From an uncultured Pirellulales bacterium (GTDB lineage Bacteria; Planctomycetota; Phycisphaerae; Sedimentisphaerales; Anaerobacaceae): DNA of 64,000 bases. Within the stretch, counting starts at the first letter, position 1. The number at the start of each line of letters is the position of its first letter. The notes beneath the pieces are model-generated. The model ran no database searches. It was not told the origin of the DNA and saw only the letters and a list, made by a program, of their open reading frames with translations. Below are positions 57,761-64,000 of the stretch, in pieces. The stretch lies in NCBI GenBank assembly GCA_964520535.1, contig CAZFOQ010000002.1, positions 32,990-96,989 on the forward strand. The letters are read 5' to 3'. A program made the translations under genes and the position numbers.

Positions 57761-59293
57761 TCATTGTTCGTATCCTAATTCTCTGAGCACCTGCTCAGTT
57801 GACACTCCTAAATCTTTTTTCATCTGTGCTTCTTTGAGCTTTTCGGCCATGTTCTCCGGCAGCGGGCTGGGAAATATAATATCGACCTCTCTGTCCGTGG
57901 TGCCGGTCTTATATATGTCGGCGGTATCGAGCATTCTTAAAACCATCCGGCAAATTTGTTTTACCCCCTCGCTGTAAGTAAATCTCTTACGTTCGTTCTT
58001 TGAGAGCATCCCCATCAAGGTCAGTCTCAAGGCCACCGCACTTGTCAAATTGCCGAGCTTGTTCTTCAAAACCCCCGCCACCAATGGTGTCACCGAGCTG
58101 ACCTTGTCCATCGCCTCTCTGATTTCTGCTATGTGCAAAGCTTCGCTGGGAGTCGCTGCGTCTCCGCCGAACTCCTCGATAGAAGCCTCCGGATTATCGG
58201 TGTACCACATTCGACCGGGCGAAACAGGTTTGTCCTCAAAGCCCTCGATTCCTTTGCCCAGATACATTTTAAACGACTGGAACGTGATTCTGCTGGCCCT
58301 GTCGCTTAATCGTGTATTGAGTTCGTCCTGCAACGGGATTAACGGCTCAACGTTACTGTGACCCTCATAGAAATAGGGCTGTGCGATGTTCTGAATATGC
58401 ACGACCGGCAGAAATTCCCATGGCAAGATGCCCTCGGCCACAAGCTCCTTGTCTTCATATCTTTGCCAGGCATTTGCCGAAGTGATTTCGGTTACGGCGA
58501 CAATCTGCCGACTGTCACCGCTGCGCCGGCCGCCGGATAAAATCCGTGAAAGAAACGAGCTTTTTCTGGCGAGGGCATTTTTCTTCTGATAGAAATGCTG
58601 CACATAATACCGGATCTCTTTGTAATCGTTTTCATCCAGAACCGGCAGTGCTCTTGGCGCTTCAATCAGTTCCAGTCCGATTGTTTGTACCAGTCGTTGT
58701 GCTTCTTCGAGAGATCCCGTTGTCCGGGAATCCTGTGAGTGGTTTTGGAAGGAGGAGGAAGTGACTCGTTCGATGATCTCATCGCCAGGCCTGACGAAGC
58801 AATCGACGAAACCGTAAACACTTCCGAGCACTGCCATATCCTGGAGAAATCCGATAGCACCATTAGCCGAAAAGAGTGCCTTTATAATCGACTCAATTTC
58901 TGCACGTTTCAGGTCGTCCGGTGATTTGGAAGTAAAACTAATGGATTTGCCGAACAAAAAATCCACGGCGGCATTAATCCGCCATGCAATATCATTTTCG
59001 ATCACAACTTCTTTTCTCTGTATATCTCTCAATACCCTTGTACCGGGTAAACCAGAACGGCCGGAGTGGACGTAACCGGTTATTCTTGCCGGCAGGCCAA
59101 ATTCCTGTGCCTGTATGGATCTCTTTGATGATTCTGCCAGCCTGCTGTCAGAAATTTCGATCTTTGGATTTGCATAATAATTCCAAAGCAGCTCAAAGTG
59201 AGCTTGAATATCGACCCAGCGTGTATCGATGAGCCAGTCAATGTAATCTGCCTCAAGCCCGGTGTCCTGGAATATGTCAGTTTCAAATGCCAT
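57761..59293 (-). CDS. phage portal-like protein (510 aa)
   Basis: First gene of the module. Its size and position upstream of the scaffold and capsid genes fit a portal. It has no Walker A, so it is not a terminase. Confidence 0.4.
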   Translation of the reverse strand: MAFETDIFQDTGLEADYIDWLIDTRWVDIQAHFELLWNYYANPKIEISDSRLAESSKRSIQAQEFGLPARITGYVHSGRSGLPGTRVLRDIQRKEVVIENDIAWRINAAVDFLFGKSISFTSKSPDDLKRAEIESIIKALFSANGAIGFLQDMAVLGSVYGFVDCFVRPGDEIIERVTSSSFQNHSQDSRTTGSLEEAQRLVQTIGLELIEAPRALPVLDENDYKEIRYYVQHFYQKKNALARKSSFLSRILSGGRRSGDSRQIVAVTEITSANAWQRYEDKELVAEGILPWEFLPVVHIQNIAQPYFYEGHSNVEPLIPLQDELNTRLSDRASRITFQSFKMYLGKGIEGFEDKPVSPGRMWYTDNPEASIEEFGGDAATPSEALHIAEIREAMDKVSSVTPLVAGVLKNKLGNLTSAVALRLTLMGMLSKNERKRFTYSEGVKQICRMVLRMLDTADIYKTGTTDREVDIIFPSPLPENMAEKLKEAQMKKDLGVSTEQVLRELGYEQ

Positions 59294-59366
59294 CCTTAAT
59301 TCTCGCTCTTAATTTTTCAATTGTCGAACATCAACGGGCACAAATGCGCGCCCCCATAATTGGAGC

Positions 59367-59506
59367 TATATGCGCATATGTAGCGAAAAAAATGCCTTTT
59401 TTCGAAGTGGCCAATGAGCTAACTCTCTGTGGGAGCAGGAATAAAAAAATATTTCAATTTTTTTATTTTTGTCCGTAGGTATCTGCGCATTTGTTGCGAA
59501 AATCAG
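59367..59506. promoter_or_regulatory. pair of 23-bp imperfect direct repeats (TATNTGCGCATWTGTWGCGAAAA) upstream of the portal-like gene; candidate operator sites
   Basis: 59367-59394 tatatgcgcatatgtagcgaaaaaaatg and 59480-59506 tatctgcgcatttgttgcgaaaatcag, about 113 bp apart in the 330-bp AT-rich region 5' of the module. Confidence 0.3.
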
Positions 59507-59625
59507 ACAATATTTCCGACCAGAGGAGCGTTTTAGCAAATAAGATTGCTTCATCGGCGATGACCTTTTATCGTTTGTAAACAAGGTGAAATTTTTATAT
59601 AACCAGTTGTATAGAGTAGTATCCC

Positions 59626-59958
59626 ATGGACAATGAATTTAGAAAGGAGCAGATCGATATGAAAAAACCGAAAAGAACAGGCAGAATTCTCTTAGGATTG
59701 TTTTTACTTTTTGCTTTGGTTATTATTGGATTATTGTCTGCACCGATTTACGGCATCCAGACGACCAGAAGACCTTGGCTGACGCAGTTCGAGAATGGCC
59801 CTGTAACAGTCAGTTTTATAACAGCCCCTCCCGAAAAGGAAAAGATTATCGATGCTCGTCTTATATCCGTTGAGACATGCGGCCTCGTGCTCAGATTACC
59901 GAAAGATAGAGATAAGTTTTATCCCTATGCCAACATCATCTCGATAGACCCTAAGTGA
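59626..59958 (+). CDS. small membrane-anchored hypothetical protein (110 aa)
   Basis: ORF with one TM helix (ILLGLFLLFALVIIGLLSAPIYG). Confidence 0.35.
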   Translation: MDNEFRKEQIDMKKPKRTGRILLGLFLLFALVIIGLLSAPIYGIQTTRRPWLTQFENGPVTVSFITAPPEKEKIIDARLISVETCGLVLRLPKDRDKFYPYANIISIDPK

Positions 59959-59993
59959 AAAGAGATTTTTGAGTTGTTCAGACAGAATTACTG

Positions 59994-60956
59994 TTATTCC
60001 ATGTCTTCTTTCTGAAGGAGCTGGATAATATCCGCCTTTGTCGGCATCGATTCGATTGAGCCGAACTTCGTGCACGCCAATGCTCCTGCCGCCGATGCGA
60101 ACTTGACCGCTCCTCTAACATCGTCCTCGACAGCACAGTATGCTGCCAAAGCTCCTGTAAATGCATCCCCTCTGCCGGTCTGATCGACCAACTCAACTTC
60201 GAAAGCTGGAATCTGGTCGGCACCGTCTCTGTCAACAACCATACACCCGCGTTTGCCCATCGTTATTACTGCGTATTTAACGCCGCGAGCAACCAGGTCG
60301 GAACCGATAAGCTTTGCCTGGCGGAATCCTACCGCAGAATGATCGGTAATATCGGCAGCCTCGTCAAGATTCGGAATAATAATATCAACGGAAAAATACT
60401 CAATAGGAAGGTCGCTGCTTTCCTGACCCTTTTGTTCTATTGGCCTTGCGGGATTGAGAATAACCTTGGTTCCATGTACTTTTGCACATCGAACGGCAGC
60501 TACGATTGCATCCTGTGGCAGACCGCCATGAATTAAACACACATCCGCTTCGGATATAATCTGTTCGGCAGATTCTATATCGCGGATTCCCAAAGCAATG
60601 TTCGCTCCGGCATAATAGCAATCTGCATTTTCTCCCTCGGCATTGACCAGCGTTACAACCATGCCTGTATTTTTAGTTTCAGCCGTATGAACATTATCTG
60701 TATTGACTTTGTATTCTGCCAAACTCGTCTTTGCCATTTGCCCGAATGGGTCGCCGCCAATTTTGCTTACCAAATGAACTTCGCATCCACATAATGCAGC
60801 TTCGACCGCTTGATTTGGCCCGGGACCGATAGCCGCATATGATAGAGAATTGCCGATAACGCTCTGACCTGGTGTTGGGATTTGGCTGCAACGTATCGCC
60901 ATATCCACGTATGTGCCGCCGATTACAACGACCTTCGGAATCCTTCCCGAGACCAT
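59994..60956 (-). CDS. PfkB-family carbohydrate kinase (ribokinase-like)
   Basis: 320 aa. VVVIGGTYVDM (N-terminal GG motif) and C-terminal DTTGAGD-like motif VDQTGRGDAFTGALAA. Confidence 0.8.
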   Translation of the reverse strand: MVSGRIPKVVVIGGTYVDMAIRCSQIPTPGQSVIGNSLSYAAIGPGPNQAVEAALCGCEVHLVSKIGGDPFGQMAKTSLAEYKVNTDNVHTAETKNTGMVVTLVNAEGENADCYYAGANIALGIRDIESAEQIISEADVCLIHGGLPQDAIVAAVRCAKVHGTKVILNPARPIEQKGQESSDLPIEYFSVDIIIPNLDEAADITDHSAVGFRQAKLIGSDLVARGVKYAVITMGKRGCMVVDRDGADQIPAFEVELVDQTGRGDAFTGALAAYCAVEDDVRGAVKFASAAGALACTKFGSIESMPTKADIIQLLQKEDME

Positions 60957-61370
60957 ATTCTCAGCCCTTTTTTTATATGTCCTTTAACTTTTTTTTCGAT
61001 CCAGCAGCTTCTAAGAAAAAGCCCCTTCCAATGCTTGCTCAGGGAAAAAGATACTTTTCAACAGCTCATTATAGCCATTAATCCAGCTTTTTCAATATTT
61101 CTTTTGAATAATATGGTCTTAAAGTTCTAACAAAAGTAAAAATCTTTCAAACAAAATATCTTTACAACTAAAAAATATCCTCTATCTCTGCCTGCCAATT
61201 TTGCCCCCTTATAGCGGCAAAAATTGCATTTTTGATACTTTGTTATTTCAAAAACTACATAAAATAACAGATTTTTTGTAAAAAATTATAAAAAACACTT
61301 GACAGAGTTTACAAAAAAGCAAATACTATGTCAATGTTTGGTATATACACAATTAACTTATTGATATATA

Positions 61371-61787
61371 ATGAAAAGACTAAACAGCAATATACCACAA
61401 GAAAGACTCCAATCAAAGAATCATCATCGCGAAGATATAGATTTATTACGTTGCAGGATAAGCCTGCTTGATGGAAAAGATAAGCTATTGATGTCAATGT
61501 ACTTAGACAATGGCAACAGCTTTCGACAAATATCCAAGCTACTCGGAGTCTGTCAGCCGACAATAAGTCGCAGAATTCACAGATTAACAAACCATCTAAC
61601 AGGGCAGCCCTTCCAGATATACCGGCGATACAGGAAAAAATTTAATGAAGGGCAGAAAGACTTTGCACGGGACTACTTCCTAATGGGCCTGTCGATGCGG
61701 CAAATCGCCGCGAAACGCCGGTGCAGCTATTATCGAGTCCGAAATATTTTGGAAGAAATACAAAAAATTATAAATATTAATAAATAA
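61371..61787 (+). CDS. small regulator with two sigma70-region-4/LuxR-like HTH motifs
   Basis: 138 aa. FRQISKLLGVCQPTISRRIHRL and LSMRQIAAKRRCSYYRVRNIL resemble sigma-70 r4 HTHs. It follows a 300-bp AT-rich promoter-like region. Confidence 0.5.
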   Translation: MKRLNSNIPQERLQSKNHHREDIDLLRCRISLLDGKDKLLMSMYLDNGNSFRQISKLLGVCQPTISRRIHRLTNHLTGQPFQIYRRYRKKFNEGQKDFARDYFLMGLSMRQIAAKRRCSYYRVRNILEEIQKIININK

Positions 61788-61848
61788 TCACATCTTTTTT
61801 AGCCCCCATTTTAATGGGGCAATGGAACGAACAGATTTAAGGTAAATC

Positions 61849-62538
61849 ATGGCGACATACAGCATTTCAAAAAGCTTTACCTGGCAGGGAACAATAACAG
61901 ACAAAGTCGCATCTGTCTGCAGGATGTTCGGTCTCACTGCCGCGAGACTCAAAGAACAACGCCGATGTCATAGCTGCCAATTGGAAATCAACTCCGGCGA
62001 TATAGTTTATATCACAGGACCATCGGGCGCAGGCAAAAGCGTGCTTATGGGCGAGCTGGAAAAAGCCGTCCAGGCAGCGGACAGTGTGAACCTCACAAAT
62101 ATAGAACTTCCCAGTGACAAAACCGTCATCGATTGTATCGATGCAGGTCTTCTGGCCGGCCTGCGACTTCTCAGCACAGCCGGGCTGAATGATTGTTTTT
62201 GTATCCTGAATCAGCCGAGCAATCTCAGCGAAGGGGAAAAATACCGATTCCGCCTGGCGATGGCAATGGCGGCGAAGAAAAAATTTGTCTTTGCGGATGA
62301 ATTCTGCTCCGAGCTGGACCGGATTACTGCTGCATCTGTTTCGCACCAGCTCCGCAAATTCGCCGATAAAACAGGCACCACATTTATTCTGGCCTCAAGT
62401 CACGAAGATACCCTGCTCGATCTGGCACCGGATGTCCTGGTCAGCAAAGATTTAAGCGGCTCGACAAGGGTTGTCTATAAGGAAAGAGCCCGCAGTGCAA
62501 GTTCGCAAAATGAGAACCCGGCTTTAGGGAGAAGATGA
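61849..62538 (+). CDS. minimal stand-alone ABC-type ATPase (Walker A GPSGAGKS, signature-like LSEGEKYRF, Walker B VFADEF, H-loop SSHED)
   Basis: 229 aa. The order and spacing of the motifs match an ABC nucleotide-binding domain. No transmembrane or partner domain. Confidence 0.65.
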   Translation: MATYSISKSFTWQGTITDKVASVCRMFGLTAARLKEQRRCHSCQLEINSGDIVYITGPSGAGKSVLMGELEKAVQAADSVNLTNIELPSDKTVIDCIDAGLLAGLRLLSTAGLNDCFCILNQPSNLSEGEKYRFRLAMAMAAKKKFVFADEFCSELDRITAASVSHQLRKFADKTGTTFILASSHEDTLLDLAPDVLVSKDLSGSTRVVYKERARSASSQNENPALGRR

Positions 62539-63272
62539 TGCAACGCTGCACCTTATGCAGAAAAGTTCAGATTGTCCCCGGCACTTACGCTGATTATAAA
62601 CAGCTCGCTCAATATCATTATCGTGACAACGGCCCGGGACAATTCACATCGATTTATGCCCTCAGGCCAGCTCCAAATTCCGGCCGGCATCAGCAGACCG
62701 TAGGGGTAATCGTCTATTCGACGCCGAATCCCGGGCTGGAGCTACGCAACATTGCGACGAAGAATTTCTTCATCGGCTTCGATCAAAGCACGCAACTGGC
62801 ACTTCTGAACAAGAACATCCGCAGGATCAGCAGGGTCATTATCGAGCCACGATTCCGCCGCCTTGGTCTGGCTGCCCGGCTGGTCCGCGAGACGATGCCG
62901 ATGATGAATTTCCCGATCATCGAGGCAGTTGCGGTGATGGGTGTTGTCAATCCATTTTTTGAAAAAGCGGGAATGAAGGCCTACACAGCACCGGAAAAGG
63001 ATCGTAACATCCGGCTGACAGAGGCCCTCAGTGCCGTCGGGATAGAAAACAACCTGCTCATCGATCCTGAGACAGTGCAGCAGAAAATCGATCATCTCGC
63101 CGGTGAGAAGGCTGAATTTATCGAGCTTGAAATGAGGCGCTTTCTGCAAAGCTACGGCGATCGCCGTTACGGACGTCACTCACTGAAGCGGACAAGATTC
63201 GTCCTGAATAAGCTCACGATAAGGCCCGTTTATTACATATGGTTTAATCCAAATTTAGGGCATAGGATTTAG
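62535..63272 (+). CDS. hypothetical protein with a possible GNAT-like acetyltransferase core (RVIIEPRFRRLGLAARLV)
   Basis: 245 aa. Start overlaps the ATPase stop (ATGA). Motif-A-like segment; the assignment is weak. Confidence 0.4.
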   Translation: MMQRCTLCRKVQIVPGTYADYKQLAQYHYRDNGPGQFTSIYALRPAPNSGRHQQTVGVIVYSTPNPGLELRNIATKNFFIGFDQSTQLALLNKNIRRISRVIIEPRFRRLGLAARLVRETMPMMNFPIIEAVAVMGVVNPFFEKAGMKAYTAPEKDRNIRLTEALSAVGIENNLLIDPETVQQKIDHLAGEKAEFIELEMRRFLQSYGDRRYGRHSLKRTRFVLNKLTIRPVYYIWFNPNLGHRI

Positions 63273-63293
63273 GACATAGGGTACAGATATATA

Positions 63294-64000
63294 ATGGCAA
63301 ATCAAATACAAACAATTGAAATCGACAGGCTCATCGCTCATCCCGATAATCCGAACCGGATGAGTAAAGACAGATTCGCCAAGCTGGTTCGAAACATTGA
63401 GCGGACCGGCCGATATGAACCAATCGTCGTGAGGCCAAAAGGGTTTGCATTTGAGATAATCAACGGCCATCATCGTGTGAAGGCACTCCAACAGCTCGGA
63501 CACAAAACCGCCGATGTTGTTGTCTGGGAAGTGGACGACCACGAGGCCGACATTCTGCTGGCTACGCTGAATCGGCTTGCCGGCTCGGACGTGCTTGAGA
63601 AGAAACTGGCATTACTCAAGCGGCTCAACGAACAAACAAAGGCACGCGAGCTGGCCAGACTTCTGCCGCATAACGCAAAACAGATCGAACGCCTGACCAA
63701 TTTGAAATTGCCCACTGCCCCGGCGGAAATAGATGCAAACTGCTTTGCGATTCCGCTGATGTTTTTTGTCAACAACGAGCAGCACAAAATCATCCGGCAT
63801 GCTTTGTCACTTGTTCAAAGCACTCGAAAAGAAACTACCAAAGCTAAAAGAAACGCAGCAGCCCTGACACGCATCGCCAGGAGCTATATCGATATGAATA
63901 AAAACCTCAGATTAAGTTATTCCTGTCATCCTGAGCTTAATTCACCCTGTCATCCTGAGCTTAATTCACCCTGTCATCCTGAGCTTAATTCACCCTGTCA
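63294..64000 (+). CDS. ParB/Srx-type nuclease-domain protein, 5' portion (runs off window end), with C-terminal in-frame tandem CHPELNSP repeats
   Basis: Manual translation from the ATG at 63294 gives MANQIQTIEIDRLIAHPDNPNRMS...IVVRPKGFAFEIINGHHRVKALQQLG, the ParB N-terminal domain. It is not in the ORF track because there is no stop in the window. Confidence 0.65.
   Translation, partial: MANQIQTIEIDRLIAHPDNPNRMSKDRFAKLVRNIERTGRYEPIVVRPKGFAFEIINGHHRVKALQQLGHKTADVVVWEVDDHEADILLATLNRLAGSDVLEKKLALLKRLNEQTKARELARLLPHNAKQIERLTNLKLPTAPAEIDANCFAIPLMFFVNNEQHKIIRHALSLVQSTRKETTKAKRNAAALTRIARSYIDMNKNLRLSYSCHPELNSPCHPELNSPCHPELNSPC
63922..64000. repeat. 24-bp tandem repeat (CCTGTCATCCTGAGCTTAATTCAC) x at least 3.3, truncated by the window end; in frame within the ParB-like CDS
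   Basis: Perfect copies start at 63922, 63946 and 63970, with a partial copy from 63994. The repeat encodes the repeated octapeptide CHPELNSP. Confidence 0.85.

Larger units (their letters stand above)
48062..59293 (-). mobile_element. phage-like virion structural gene module (portal-like to tail/fibre-like), all minus strand; no terminase, integrase or lysis genes recognised
   Basis: Thirteen co-directional, tightly spaced ORFs in portal / scaffold (coiled-coil) / capsid-like order, followed by small structural proteins and a LamG-domain fibre-like protein. GC is somewhat higher than the flagellar region. Confidence 0.4.

Noticed and set aside
57761-59293. Possibility that the 510-aa protein is a large terminase and not a portal
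   Set aside because: It has no Walker A (GxxxxGK[ST]) and no terminase nuclease motifs. Its position directly upstream of scaffold-like and capsid-like genes fits a portal.
48062-59293. Calling the module an intact prophage
   Set aside because: No integrase, terminase, tape-measure, lysis or replication genes are recognisable in or next to the block. The flanks are cellular genes.
61867-63179. Minus-strand ORFs of 159 aa and 145 aa
   Set aside because: They are antisense to the ABC-ATPase and GNAT-like genes, whose motifs (Walker A/B, signature) support the + strand frames.
63922-64000. CRISPR array
   Set aside because: The repeats are directly tandem with no spacers, and they are in frame within a ParB-like CDS. 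No other CRISPR-like repeat-spacer structure was seen in the window.

Overview
This 64 kb window comes from a Gram-negative, flagellated bacterium at roughly 45-55 % GC. Lineage clues are a PEP-CTERM sorting signal, TAT signals, sigma54-type flagellar promoters and many TPR-glycosyltransferase fusions. All calls rest on reading the six-frame track and the sequence by eye; no searches were run.

The window divides into six blocks.

(1) 1-13.6 kb, minus strand. A partial fliD at the window edge is followed by a roughly 12.6 kb glycosylation island. The island holds a methyltransferase-GT2-GT2 tri-domain protein, three TPR-glycosyltransferase fusions, and a four-gene nucleotide-sugar cassette (UDP-GlcNAc 2-epimerase, RmlD-like reductase, cupin, GalE-like SDR). 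No flagellin gene is present.

(2) 13.8-25.8 kb, minus strand. One long flagellar rod/hook/ring operon reads flgD-flgE-[PilZ-like]-flgF-flgG-flgA-flgH-flgI-flgJ(rod-binding domain only)-flgN-flgK-flgL. A near-consensus sigma54 promoter sits upstream of flgD, and a second sigma54-like site lies upstream of the glycosylation island.

(3) 26-31.5 kb, plus strand. purF, purM and a second purF-like paralogue in which the catalytic Cys1 is replaced by Ser.

(4) 31.5-43 kb. Mixed housekeeping and envelope genes: DUF503, a frameshifted xylose-isomerase-like TIM-barrel gene, SPFH, RDD, CBS, a BNR/sialidase-like secreted protein, DUF296, a methyltransferase, a PQQ beta-propeller protein and a PEP-CTERM protein.

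(5) 43.0-46.0 kb. A low-GC (about 35 %) roughly 2 kb islet carries three tightly coupled genes of unknown function, one with HEPN-like features. It is flanked by 66-bp imperfect direct repeats that duplicate the 3' end of the adjacent lipoprotein gene. This is the signature of an integrated element and is the best candidate here for a small novel toxin or defence module.

(6) 48-59.3 kb, minus strand. A phage-like virion structural module (portal-like, scaffold-like, capsid-like, LamG fibre-like and many unknowns) with no terminase or integrase in the window. It is followed at 61.4-64 kb by an unusual cassette: a dual-HTH regulator, a minimal ABC-type ATPase, a GNAT-like protein, and a ParB-nuclease-domain protein whose coding region ends in in-frame 24-bp tandem repeats.
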